From: Phoronis australis
Taxonomy: Eukaryota > Animalia > Phoronida
Reading direction: 5' to 3'
DNA length: 64,000 nt
Assembly: GCA_002633005.1 (NCBI GenBank)
Contig: NMRA01000211.1
Location: 508,790 to 572,789 of the forward strand
The stretch's first letter is position 1. Every line of letters begins with the position of its first letter. The position numbers and the translations under genes are program-made. This document shows, piece by piece, positions 1 through 12,773 of this stretch. The notes beneath the pieces were generated by a model that was given only the letters and a program-made list of their open reading frames with translations, had not been told where the DNA came from and made no database searches.

Positions 1-2775
1 TTTTATATGCGCTAACTGCGAAGCGATACCGAAGCTAGTTTACAGTGAAACAACACATGTAGTTGAGATAAAAGGTCATATATATTATGACAAACTAAAC
101 TACTACAGATATCAGTAATTACAAAAGTTATATAACATGTTGCACTGTAAAGGTGGGTGACAATCTGCCATAGTAAGTTAAGAAACAATATGCGGAAGAA
201 TAACAGCAACACCGGGACAGCGACATGTGAAATTTGAGGATAAAGGGAAAGAATGAAAATTGGTTTGAGGGAGGGAGGGAAAGAGAAATTGAGTGAAAAA
301 TGAAAGTTGGAGAGAATTGTGGACGATGGCCCAGTGTTGCAACAAGACAAAGAGATCACGTGGTACAATTAAACCAATAATCGTAAAACAAAGAGGGTCA
401 CTGACCAGAGAATCCAAACAATATGATAATGAGGAGGAGGCAGTATAGCTTACATAAAATAATTTAATACTTAAATAATTTTTCGCGCTGTGCCATGTTT
501 CTGATTCTGATATTGATGTTTTGGAAAAACAAAACTTTGACATTACCATATTCGTCCACTTTGATGTCTATGTTTGCCTTAACACCCAACCCATGATTTT
601 CCAAACCATCACTCATTAGTGATGTCCACACACGGACTTACCATAGAGCATGTTTCTCCTGGAACAAGTTGTCACTAGATTCGGAAGATGTGTGGATAAT
701 GTTTAAACTAGTGTAACTTCCCCGGTTTGTGACAACTTATTCCAACTTATCGAAGTAGGGTAATTTGTTCTTGGGTAACTTATGCCATACACTGTATGAA
801 GTCACTGAGTGGCCACAAACATGGGGAAAGGCAGAAGTAATTATCAGCTCCGTTTAAGTACAGACGGGTCTTCTTTTGCGCACCGTATTCACGTCGGCTG
901 TTCGTTGTCATGCACAAAGCGACAACTTCCGCCTTACCCTAGTTATAGAACATATGAGTTTGTGGACGCTCCACTTAAAAAGTTGGGTAAGTTACAGTGG
1001 TGCAAGTTGTTCTAGGGTAGGCTGTGTGAACAGGACTTTAACCAGTCACACTGAGTTATACTCCCACTGCTAATTCGTCTTGTTGGGATATTTTAGTCCC
1101 TTCAGGTGCCTTAACAGATTACTCACATTTCAGCTTCAAATGGCTTGCAGTTTACTTGTCTGCATTATATTGCTTCTTATTCAAATATTGCACTTGAAAT
1201 TGGTGACGTCAATGGAAATCCCCAGCTATTTTCTAGAATTGGCATTTAGGGTAAATCGCCAATTGTGATTTAGAAACGATTTTTTTCAATTTAAATGCCC
1301 TGAGTATTCAAAGTGTACTTGTAGTAAACTCACTGGATTCATTAAAAAAGTTGCATTATTGTCACTTTGTGGAAATCCAGTAAGTTACCTATAAACCTGC
1401 TTTTGAGTTTAAGAAAGTACAGTCAGACTGTCATGCTATTTACAAAATGACAGACCATGTTACTAAATAATAAAATTGATGTATCAACTTTTAAGTTGAT
1501 ACATCAATTTTAAAAAAGTTGTGTTGCTGAGGTCACTGTAACTGACAGGTAACTTTATAATGCACGAAAATAAGGTTGCTAAAAGTCATGAGACTTACTG
1601 TAAACCTTGAAGTGCATTGTTGTTAAGTTTGAATATGCTGATGACTGGTGCACTGTTGGTGGTTTTGAAATTTTGTACTAGGAATGCTATTCTGGGTTTT
1701 TCATCATTCCTTTGATACATTTCTTAAAGACTTCCATATGAGTGATTGATATCATTTACATTGTATGCAGGTCACAGGCCCCCGGCAAATTTAACTTCCA
1801 GCCTGACCTTGACAGAGACTGAGAAACAGGCCAGGGAGCAGCTGCAGTTTCCGTTTGTCAAAATACACAACCACACCCCGGCCAACCCGCGATCGAGAAC
1901 GACCGGAAAGCGATCGAGAACGAAACCGGTTGCGAGAAGCGAAACCAGGCAAGGTGAGTAAATTTGATGAATTTACGTTGTTTTTAACACCAATGTGAAA
2001 ACAGAGACACGAGTTCAAGGCGTAACACATTGAGGAAGGGCAGGTAGAGGTTTGGGCTGGTGTCTGTTCCAGTTATTGGAGATAAGTTACGTTGAACGAG
2101 GCATCGCTTGAGTCAAAGGGGATTCGTATGTCATTTTGGCAAATTGCGGTTATTTTTGGCACTAAATCAATAAATTGACCATGAAGTTATGAAGAAAATA
2201 TAACACAACGCTTGTTTTTCGTAGTTTTGTCAGGATCTCTGATTTTTCGACACTTTTCTGTTGAAAGATGCGATCGAGAACGCAAAGATAAGCGATCGGA
2301 AACGCAAATTTTTGTTTTGTTTATGCAATCGAGAACGCATCGTGGTGTGCCGAACAGTTATGAACTTTTTACTTATAAAACGTGAAAAGGCTTACAAAAT
2401 AAGTGTGGTGCAATGAATTAATCACATTTTGAGTCATTACTGTCACTTTCGTTTCCAAACTAAACATAATCACAACATTACCATTAAATTTAAATGAGCG
2501 ACTACATGTATATCAAGCCCTATTTTAATTATAGATATTTTCACAAATGAATTTATTTTCATTTCAGGAAACACTTTCACTGTTATTATTGTGAGGCGAG
2601 CTTCAACGAACAGATTGATCAGGGCGTGAAAGTACACCCTACCAGGTTTTTGAAATACAGACATACTTTTAGACGAAACCAAGTGGAACAAGGGGTTCTA
2701 AACTAAGACTCACCCAGCAATTGTTCAATGTGACGTGTAAGCCAGGAGTAAACAAATTGTTGATGCAGATGAAAG

Positions 2776-3044
2776 CAGTGGCGGATTTAGGAGGGGGGGG
2801 GGGGCCANCGGGGTGCAAATTGCCGACTAGCATATGCGCCCACCCAAGTGGGCTCGATGGGTTAATGCGCAATTCATAGGCCTTGAACAAACCCCGTGTA
2901 CCTTTTTTGAGTAATAAGGTCCACAAACCCAAAAATTCGAGGCCCCTGCATCCTTACATTTTAGGCTGGGCGCGCGCTTGTAGCAAAATTCCGACTATTC
3001 CTGTGCCCTGCCCCCCCCAAATCAAAATCCTGGATCCGCCCCTG
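2776..3044. mobile_element. MITE with CAG(T/G)GGCGGAT termini, 5-bp TSD, nested in the CAC element
   Basis: Starts CAGTGGCGGATTTAG and ends CTGGATCCGCCCCTG; flanked by GAAAG on both sides (2771-2775, 3045-3049). Confidence 0.8.
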
Positions 3045-4099
3045 GAAAGCGAATGCCAAATCGTCTTGCAAGATTGTACGCCAGTGAAGTTAAAGAATGA
3101 TGATGAGCGTGCCTGCGCGGAGCAAGAAGAGTGCGGCAACACCATTCGTGAGGTGATTCAAAGATTACCTCTCATGAACGTCTGGGATTTAAAAAAATGC
3201 CTGAAATAGTGTTAACTGTTTTGCTGATAAAACGGGTGATATTTTGTTGGATGTTTTACTGATATTATTGATACAGAGATGAACAGATTGACTTGTGGCA
3301 CTTGTGTGGCTTGGATATGCAACACATGTTTGACTTTTCTGTTTTGTAGTATTGGTCCTGAGTGCATTTTCAGTTCATGATCTCCAGTTTAACGTGACAT
3401 TGAAAAAGGATGAGGCAAGATATAATACACCTACTATATTGTGATTTTCTCAAAAACGTAGTTAAAATGTTGTCTTTAACATCACTTCAAGACACAATGT
3501 AGTGATTACACAGGAAATCAACAACAATATTAAAGCAATTCTATAATAATATTAATCTTTTATCACACATACCTCAAAATTGGTCATACGGAAAAAAAGA
3601 TATAAAACATTGCTTTAGGGAAATCAACATAACACATCTAGTGTACATTTCCTGCGAATTATTTTTGGAGTGTATTAGACTAAATCATCACTGAATCATA
3701 GACAATCTATTTCGGACCGGTTCATAGTATAAAATTCTCTCACAGGGAATCAACAACAATATGAAAACAGTTTCTACAGCTATGGCATACATATAGTTTT
3801 CTTTTAAAATATTAATTGGTCTTAACAACTGTATGTAAGAATCACCCAATGACACATAGAGTGACCATTTAAATGTACCCAAACACAACAAAAATGCACT
3901 GGTTCTGTAACTGTTAAAGATGCTGCTGAAATAACACAAATAGGAAAAAGGTTCAAAACAAAACGTCAAAATACTATCACACCAGGCAACTACCAACCAT
4001 AAACTCTGTAAATCTGAATAAAGTTTCGTGAATTAACAACTTTCACTACTGGACTGAATAATCTTATTCATGGTGATTCTGATTCTCATGTCTGTAGAA

Positions 4100-5098
4100 G
4101 GAGGCATACTTTTTGCATGACACATTCACAACTTACAACAAGGAGTGTCCTCAGGCTTACTCTTTCTGTGAAACATTGATCGCAGATAGGGTACTGAATC
4201 AACTTGGTTCCTGAGCACTATGCTTCATATTGTGTTTTCTTATGCGGTAAAAAAATATCCTTCCCCATGCAACCCGGGGCTGGTAAAGGTCTTTCTTGCA
4301 GCTAGTGAGTGACAGTGTTTTATTGTCATGTGGTTATACAAGAAAGGTTTCTTCCTGAACGAAGCTCCACAACATATATACATACACAGCCCTTTGTCAA
4401 ATGCAGCAGTTGTGGTACCGGTCCTCTTTTTTGAAGGCGTGTATGCTAACACTCTGAAGGACTCTTCATGCGGCTACAGTTCAACTGAAAAATCAAACGC
4501 ATTTAATCATATTTGTGAGGCTAAATCTCACACAGAAATCATAAAAACGGTGAAAGTATAACAAACAATTGACCTGTCAACTAATTCATGGTCGTACTAT
4601 TCTAAAATTATTGATACAACACCGTAACTTGAACAATTATTCAGGAAAATGCACAGAAAAAAAAACGTGCGTTCACGATCGCATTTTTTGCGTTCACGAT
4701 CGCCCTGGAGAATTAACAGCTTCGTTCCCGATCGCCGTCTCACACAAGGACCTGCTTGTATCGGTAGATAGCTCGAATTGTTTCACAAATTATAACTAAC
4801 AAAGGTGTCACCAGGGAGGATTTAACTGTAAACGTCACCCGTGTCCACTGAAGAACCCAGGAATTGCTAATAACAAGTAGAAATTGACGAGTTTACGAGA
4901 CGCAAGTCATTTTACCGAAAGCCATTGCATTCTGCGGTCTCTATTTCAAAAAATAGCAAAAGCCAAGTATTTTTTTCAGATCCACAACAAAGGCTAAGCT
5001 CTGACGCTTTTCGATGTGTCGCATTGGTACTAAAGTAGCCTCTATTTAAGAAGAAAATGACACTTAAACTCACCGGGTACTTCACTGTCGTCTGCCAT
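4100..5098 (-). pseudogene. Transposon-borne spliced C2H2 zinc-finger gene remnant (exon 1 5098-5074, exon 2 from 4484)
   Basis: ATG at 5098 gives MADDSEVP, then a phase-1 donor GTGAGT at 5073. Acceptor tttttcag|4484 continues in frame VEL*PHEESFRVLAYTPSKK...CCGASFRKKPFLYNHMTIKH. A further finger-like PICDQCFTERVSLR follows a frameshift. Confidence 0.55.
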
Positions 5099-6789
5099 TT
5101 TTGGTGTAAGGTCTCGTTCTCGATCGCCTTTCGGGCGTTCTCGATCGCGGGTTGGCCGGGGTGAACCAGTAAGTAACAATAGTCTTGGTATTAATGACAC
5201 GCTTCTCTGTGTTCTCAACAAAAGTACTTTCCATTTCAGCGGTACTGGCTATTTCTCTCATTTGATTGCCCATAGCTTTGTCTTGAGAACTGAAAAATTA
5301 TCTTTGTTTTCAAGACCCCCATCAGTTTCTTTTTCTCAATTATTCTTTACTGCATTTCATTCCTCAGTGAAAATGATATTGCTCTTAAGGAAGAAAACAA
5401 TAAAAGGCCACCAGGCACTAACTTGGCTTCTAGTTGATCACAAGGGAAATCTAATTCACAATTGTTTGGCTTCTTAAAAGTGAATTGTAAAGCTTCTGCA
5501 CCCGAATTTTCTCAGAGTGTGGTACATCCCCTCCTTCCCTCCACCAAAAGCCTACAAAAATGGCAATATTTTTTTGAGGTCCATGTTTTCGTTCCTGTTA
5601 AACTGCAAGTGTGCTTTAAAGTCTTATGCCAGTGTTGATATATTTTACGCCATCTAGTGGCTATTATTGAAAATTTTTACCCTATTTTGGTATCCCTCTA
5701 TGCGTCAAGCCACTCATTGAATCAGTATGAAAATTGCCAAATGTGTTCCTTAATCCTCAAACCAAAGAAGCCTATTGTAAACACAACCAGTAAGAACCAT
5801 TCATAGTTGTCATAAGGGAAATGCGATGTAATGACTAATGACTTATTTTGCATGAAAATAATTGACAAAATTGTCATTTTTTTATCCTACAGAAACATGT
5901 TCAAAATATTGCAGGTTTATTTTGACTTGGGGTCTATCAGTTTATGCACAAGTCACTAAGTTTGTGTAGCTGGCTTAATTTAACTAACCAGCTACTTGTA
6001 GTTTTGTTGTAAATTTTGCTATCGTTTTTACTGAATGTCAGCAATGGGGTAAGATTGTTGGGTTGAGACGTAACTGTCCTATGGCTTATATGTGTATAAT
6101 TTGTCTGATTTATTTTCTTCCAGAAAACATGGCGGGGGTGAATCACAGATATTTATCAGCCAGATGAAGCAGATGACTTTGATGAAGAAGACCCAGGTGA
6201 TGACCTTGACATTTAGTTGTGTACAGTGAGATCAATAATGTCATAGACTTGAGCTAAAGTATTTCAAACTGGTACATGAACAAGTGGAGATAGTTATTTT
6301 GTATGTACTGGCATATGGCTACATCGTACAATATAAGCGAAGAGTATTCAAACAAAATCAACCAGAATTCCCCCCTCATGATGGCTGTGTGAATTCACCG
6401 TGGAATTCATTAGAATAGTCTTCCCTCATTACCAAGAGTGACAAGAGGAAAGTTGATAAGGTAGCTAAGCCATTCTGTAATCAGAATTTTCCCTAATTAC
6501 TAGTAACCTATGCTGTTTGCAAGTTAAACTGTCGTGATGGGAAAACAATATTTTGTCTTATTACTTCTATGTTGTCCTGTAGCTGCGTATAATTGTTGAT
6601 AGCAAAGGCCCAATATTTCATTTGTATTAGCAGACGGCATCTTAGTCAGTAAATATTGGTCCTTGAATTATGTTCATCTATTACCTGTCGTCGTCTTCCT
6701 CTTTTCCCACCTTCTCGTGACCCATCCTCATTTCTCAAGTTCTTCATCCTAGTCATCCTTTATTGTCTTCATCATGATTGACAGTTTTC

Positions 6790-7330
6790 ATTTCACTAAA
6801 TTGTGTCAAAGTCTGTAGTTAACATGGAGTTATGTGTCATTTTCTTCATGAATAGGGATTGACTTGGCTATTTTTAAATCATCTTGAAATATACCTGTGA
6901 TTAATGATTTGTTTATAATTAGGGAAATTGGTTGGATAGAAGCTAGAATATTATTTGATAATGAGCATGTTATACCATCACAGTCTGTAGTGGATTTTGA
7001 TTTAAGATGTGATACCTTGTGGTCATCACCATTTTTTAATTGAAAATTGAGCCGCTGCATATAGTTTGTACTTGAGAAGCCATGTTTTTCCCAATGTTAA
7101 TAAAATAATTGTTGAATTGATCAGTTATTATCTTTTTGAGTATTATGTCCAAATGCTGGGAGGTCATAAAGTGAGGGAGAAAACTTTTGGAGGAAGAATT
7201 GCAAAAGTTTTGGTTTACTTGTCAAGTTTTTCCATGTCACTTTTGTTTGTGCATGTTACATGAGCTTGACGTTTTTATAAGAACACATTTAGTAGGTGTC
7301 TTTTAACTGCTTGCTTGGCTGAATGAAGAC
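6790..7330 (-). mobile_element. CR1/L2-like non-LTR retrotransposon RT fragment
   Basis: ORF 6830-7060 encodes LKSKSTTDCDGI...QPISLIINKSLITGIFQDDLKIAKSIPIH, the usual pre-RT 'S-x-G-x-DGI...IIN-x-SL-x-TG-x-FP-x-x-LK-x-AKV-x-PI' block. Boundaries approximate. Confidence 0.7.
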
Positions 7331-8128
7331 ATTGTCGTGTAGGTTCAGTCGAATAGCGTCTATGATCTACCTTTTAATACACCCTGTTGGAAGTTGCAAG
7401 GTTGTGAATCTGGGACCTTACAGTGGTCAGGGCAGTACTCTGACCTTTAGGCAACTCAGTGACCACTAAGGGAAATTCCCTGCACTTACAGCTTCCTGCA
7501 AGTGTTGATTAACTGATTTCTTGGCTCACTGAAGAGATTTTGGGGCTTCAGATGAATATCTTCCTTGATTTATCTTTTAGTCCGGCTTGTGTGTCTGTGG
7601 AACCTGCAGGTATTTTGCTGGTGGACTGTGGGTTTTAGGCGACCAGGCGCATAATGTTTGCCGCAGAGATATTAAACAATGGAATCGTTGTTCTTGTCAT
7701 TTTATGCGAAACCGTGCAATTCTCGCCGGTGTCTACTAGGCATTTTTGTGTTTGTGTGTGTGGGCAGAGTATTTAACAGGATTTTGCCCGTCAGGCATTC
7801 GCACCCGCGAACTGTCGCCGTTACTTATTATGTGCAAACGAGCAACAGTGACGGCTTTTCACACTAAACACAATGGAGGTTGACCAGTGCTGTGATTGGT
7901 TGTTCCGATTTCACGTAGTATATGTATCGGCCAATAAATGCTTGTAATTCGATATCGGGTAACTGACCTATCAGATAGTGTTGACAGGTGTTCCAAGGTG
8001 ATTGTTGGTCAAATGTTGTGTTTGTTATATTGCGTTTTTGATATGAAATTGATGACTTTAGGCACTTAAAGTCGTATGCAGCCTGCTCAGCCGACTAAGT
8101 AACTTCTCGTGCTAGTTTCCAATGTATA

Positions 8129-11100
8129 CTAACGAGTCAATATACCACCTCACCCATAACAAATTGCAACAAAAGGTTTTACAGTGGTTTTATGCTCTAC
8201 TGGGTATCCTTATTGACAAAAAAAGTCTACCAAAATCTGACCACCGGAAATGGGTTTAAAACTGCGTTATTTCCAAGATGGCCGCCACGAAGTTTCGAAA
8301 TCACCAAAAATAGATATAATTTCTTCTTCTTGGTTCTAGTCTATGGTTTTAAGGGGTGAGCAACGCACTGGTGTACTTGAAATATGAGGTATGACCAGTA
8401 TTTGATATGAAATTCAAGATGGCGGCTAAAACTCTAGAGCGAAAAATCTCTATTTGTCCATTATATCGGATGGTCAAAAATAACGTTTCGAATTTTAACC
8501 TTTATTTTTTTCGAAAAAACATTCATTGAAATTGCGCAAAATTTTGCATGACATGTGCATATCAGTCCATTGTCAGTACACCATAATTGGGGTTAATTAC
8601 AACATGTTTTACACGAAGTCATGATTGCAATATAATGAACAACAGCGTTTGAAATGCACTGACAGAGAATGTGAACCAAGGTATAGGTTGTACTATACTC
8701 AATAACTTAAACATGCATTCTTTACTTAAAAGGCATCTGTCAGTATCAAAATGACTGAACACCAGGTACCAGTAAAGTATTTATTCGTCGACGTGACGCA
8801 TAAACGATTAGGTTACATTTTCATCCAAGAATGTTTTGTTGATTGCACGCACTGCCTCCGTTCAACCCTCGTCAGTGTCGTCAAGTTTCTAAAAAACTTG
8901 ATTAAGCAGATAGTCACGATATGTCGTTAGGCACAATTTACATGTAGATGTATATGCAAGCCCATTCTTTCTGCAACTGCAACGGGGCGTACTACAAGCG
9001 GTGGAACAGTTGCAGTGTATCATCTTCAGGACTGTCTGGTGCAGCATTCATGGCAGTTATGATGGGTACGAATTATCTTCTAGTCCCAGTCTAAAGGACC
9101 CAGGTCATTTGACATCCCCATCTAAACAATGACCTGGTAGTACACTCAAGACAATCAAACCTAGTAAACAAGTGCTCTCTCCACCAAACATTGCGTCCAT
9201 CGCTTGGCTGCCAAGTTTTCTCTGAGGGCCTCGCAACTTTCGCGGTGAGTGTGTCTCCGCAGGATTGGATGTTATCTTTCACGAGTTTCAGAGCGACTGA
9301 TTTCTTTCCGACGCCATAAACCCGAGACGTTGAAAGAGTGCAGGAATAGTAGCTAGGTACACATCCTAATCCTGTGCACACTCTTCATCCAATTTATGTC
9401 GTATACTTTCAGATTGGTTCTTGACTAGTTGTATGATCTGAAAAATAGTGGTTGCAGCCATCCAGTAATGCAGAATAAGCAACACAAGGTCAGTGTCCTC
9501 GCCGATTACTGTGGTGGGATGCATATTATACCGTTTAATGCTGTCTTTGCTGCAATGTCCACACCAGCGTACCTCTTGTGCCTGAACGGCTGCGCATCCC
9601 ACTTTCTGCAGCTGGTCACTTATTAAGGCGATCAGTTGTTTCTTGTTACTGCCGGTGGATAGGAATTTATCTCTCTGAACCATCAATTTCCGTTTCTCCG
9701 GTGAAGTTCAGAGTCGGATAGCTACCGGCCTGTCTCCGTCTCTGCTGACTGTTATCCTTTATCGAAGGACCTTCACCATAGCCATAAAAGACAACAATGG
9801 CTGCCTCATAGTGCTTTGCCGTGAAGTCACCATGTGCTTCGGCAATTTTTCCATACGCATCTCCTTTCTTCCATTTGAGCTTGTGCAGCAAAGATCCCCC
9901 ATCAAGCACATACCTTTCAGTCTGGAGACGTACTGAAGGTGTGGAGTTTGGTGCTCCTTCACGTGCATGGGCCTTGAAATAGCGGTTATAAACGGCTTGA
10001 TCCAGTTCAGATTTGTCAGCCTTCCTCAAGATCAGAAGGACGGTGGGTATGGAGTGAGCTCTAAACTCACCATTTCCTGTCAAGAGACAAGTCATCTGAA
10101 CGGGATACCACCAGAAATCGCCAGAAGAGTAAGCTAGGACCGATGGTTCTGTCGGGACCAACCTGGACAGCAGCTGCGTTTCCCAGGGTCTTAACTTCCA
10201 TTCTCCTCTTAAAAAAGAAAGAAAACACATGTTGTCTAACCATTTTGTCGATGATTTTGTTCCCAACAGATGCATATCCATGCACGTTGACGTGTGCATT
10301 GGCAACACCACCATTGATGACATTGCGTTGCGCAGGGTCTGAGGAGAAGGGTGAAAATGGGGTCAGTTTTGTACTTATCTTCGCATAAGTCACATGCATC
10401 TCTTTCAATTCTGGCACCAGTTGCGTCTTTGGGGTGTTTGTTTTTGTGTACGTGACATCATTGAAGTCCTACAAGGTGATATTCACCTCTGACGTTACGG
10501 GGACTGACATTGTCTACAATACACGCTGCTCCTCTGCCATCATACTGCCATGAGTCAAGCCGCCTGTGTTTTTTTAGCGATCGCATATAGTAATTTGTTC
10601 AATGCCTAGATCACAGCTGTACAAAACTGGTTTGTTCACCGAATCACATGAAAGTCATATTTCAAAACTTTGCATACACATCTAGATGTGTGCTCTCCAT
10701 ATCAGTCAGATTTCTTTTATGTACATATAGATGTAAGCGGATTTCATGTAGTTGTGGTGTCCAGCTGCATTAAATAATATTTATTAACAAGGCATCACCA
10801 ACAGCTTGCAAGTGATCGTTCCAAGACCGAGTACGATATGCCTTGATCATTGCCCAAGCAATATGGAGCATTTTCAGACCAGCCACAGCTGACTCGTTTT
10901 GGACTGTGCACTAAGTTCATACTTCCTCTTCTCAAGATTGTCGATGATTTGCGCAATTGCGGCTGATTGTGAGGCACTTCAGACATATGTTGGCATTTTG
11001 CCCAGGGCGTTTAATTTCCTTGTGTGCATTTTTAAAATAACAACCAGTGGCAAACAAATATACACTACACAATTTTTGTGAATTTTATGCAAGCCAATGC

Positions 11101-12773
11101 TTTGGATTAAATATTTCACAGCTTAAATATTAATACAATGTCCTTATTTTAAAATAAATTCATTCAGAATTCGGTCAAATCTAAATTTTCTAGATCATTC
11201 AATCAGAACAAGTCACATTTAATTATACTTTTGTTATAGGGGATAAGATTTTAAATAATGGACAAATCAGTGATTTTTCGTTCTTGAATTTGAGCTGCCA
11301 TCTTGAATTGCATACACATGTATCAAATAATGATCATACATGTGGAGATTTTCTCGCTTACACTGGTGACCGCTCTGATTCCCTAAGCCCCAGACAACTT
11401 TTACTTTGCCTATTCAGCACACCCTTTGTAGTGATGTAGATCTGAGCTAATGAAGTAGAAAAGTTACTACCCCCATTTTGGTTTTCTCTGACATTTGCAG
11501 AGTTATAGCCTGCAACTCTGGAGAGTAATTTTAACTTGGCACATTATAAATATTACAAAATAACTAAAAAGGATAACTTGTGTTTATCTTCACAAAGGGC
11601 CACTTCCCAAAGGAACGATAAGTTTCATATTGGTTTCCTTTATTTAATTTTTAATGCTTCTGCCCACTTGTTTTTTTTTTCTTACCGGAAACGAGTTGAT
11701 AACCTTTTATCTAAGTTTTGAACTTGAAGTACCAAAACAATGGTAGATTTTGATCGCCAGCTAAACTTAATTAGTTAAGTTCATTGTGAGCCCATCCCTA
11801 AACTTATAACATTACAGGTACACTAAACCCTTCACGTGTCATTAAAGTTTAATCTTTATTAGAACTCAAATCGGAAAATATGTACAAAAGTGCAAATATG
11901 GAGTTAACCAAACTGAAGATTTGGAATCTCTAGACAATTTTGGTAGCACTAAATATATAACTAATCTAGCTCTTTGTCAGTAATAAAAATGAAAATTGGG
12001 CACAACAACTGTTTCCTGGTAAAAAATCTGGTTAAACGAGATTGAAAGAATATTAGAAAATGAATCCATGATATATTCTTAACTTTGATCAGCCTTTGTA
12101 TATTCACCGAGTATATCAATACGCGCAGTAGTTAATCTTCAATCGTACCCAATGGTTGTAGTTTTTAGATTATTAGTTCTTCGATTTTTAAAAGTCGAAA
12201 ACCGTACTTGGTTGTTTTTTCAGCTGAATACCGCAGTGGTGTTCGTTTATATCGAAAATTAGTGGTTAATACATTTTGAAAATTCGCCATTATGCACAGT
12301 CAGAGATGTTTAATACAGTATATGGTCGGATAACGCTATGCGGTCATCACAATAACCTGATTCAAGCGCCGCACTGTCTTTGATCCTGGTACAAGCCGCC
12401 CAGAAGGACGAGCGGTGAAAATTCCCGCATATCTTTAGAAATGCGTGACTTCCTTGTAAGCGTATTATTCACGGTATGATCTTAATTTTAACTTCACCAG
12501 TGAGTTGCTCACCCCTTAAAACTATAGACCAGAACCAAAAAATATGTCTCTATCACAATTATTGAAGAAGTTATATCTATTTTTAGTGATTTCGAAACGT
12601 CGTGGACGCCATCTTGGAAATAACGCAGTTTTAACCCATTTCCGATGGTCATATTTTGCCGTAGACTTTTTCCTGTTCATACGTTTACCCACTAACGCAT
12701 AAAACCACTGTGAAACCTTTTGTCGCACTTTGTTGTGGGTCGGGTGGCTATTTGTCATACATTGACTCGTTCA
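8129..12773 (-). mobile_element. Academ (AcademX-type) DNA transposon, decayed, copy 1
   Basis: Long TIRs (AACGAGTCAAT...ACAGTGGTTTTATGC...CCAAGATGG) at both ends; 3-bp TSD ATA (8126-8128, 12774-12776). Minus-strand remnants YVLDGGSLLH, VVFYGYGEGPSIKD, NKKQLI, VIGEDTDL, TSRVYGVGK (XPG/FEN1-like) and C-terminal HCNCSTACSTPRCSCRKNGL Cys-rich finger; multiple frameshifts. Confidence 0.85.
11338..12478. other. ~1.1-kb secondary insertion within the right TIR of Academ copy 1
   Basis: Sequence contiguous in copy 2 (~41560-41590, tatcaaatactaatcatatcttagttttaa) is split in copy 1 by this unrelated block. Boundaries approximate. Confidence 0.6.

Larger units (their letters stand above)
1874..5163. 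mobile_element. Non-autonomous/decayed DNA transposon with CAC...GTG termini and 5-bp TSD (Transib-like end signature)
   Basis: TIR CACCCCGGCCAACCCGCGATCGAGAACG at 1874 and its reverse complement ending at 5163. TSD AACCA at 1869-1873 and 5164-5168. Subterminal GCGATCGAGAACG-type repeats at ~1889, ~1909, ~2270-2340, ~4670-4735 and ~5115. Confidence 0.9.
1771..6216 (+). pseudogene. ELP5: Elongator complex subunit 5-like gene, last two exons (1771-1873 and 6124-6216), decayed and interrupted by a transposon
   Basis: Exon after tgcag|1771 encodes PANLTSSLTLTETEKQAREQLQFPF (ELP5 'P-x-x-x-LTF-x-L-x-L-x-E-x-E-x-x-AR-x-x-L-x-x-PF' motif). Exon after ttttcttccag|6124 encodes KHGGGESQIF, then after a 1-nt frameshift YQPDEADDFDEEDPGDDLDI*, the typical acidic ELP5 C-terminus. 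Original donor aacca|GTAAGT now lies at 5169, beyond the insertion. Confidence 0.85.

Noticed and set aside
12-1700. Further upstream ELP5 exons
   Set aside because: Candidate AG...GT segments (e.g. ~1105-1250, ~1325-1379) gave no recognisable ELP5 peptide.
1874-5163. Call as a RAG transposon (ProtoRAG-like)
   Set aside because: Only the CAC termini, 5-bp TSD and convergent layout fit. There is no RSS heptamer/nonamer, no RAG1 core and no kelch repeats, and the Cys motifs read as C2H2 fingers rather than a PHD.
5649-5660. CTCF-like motif GCCATCTAGTGG
   Set aside because: A single 12-mer without functional evidence; such motifs are frequent in repeats.
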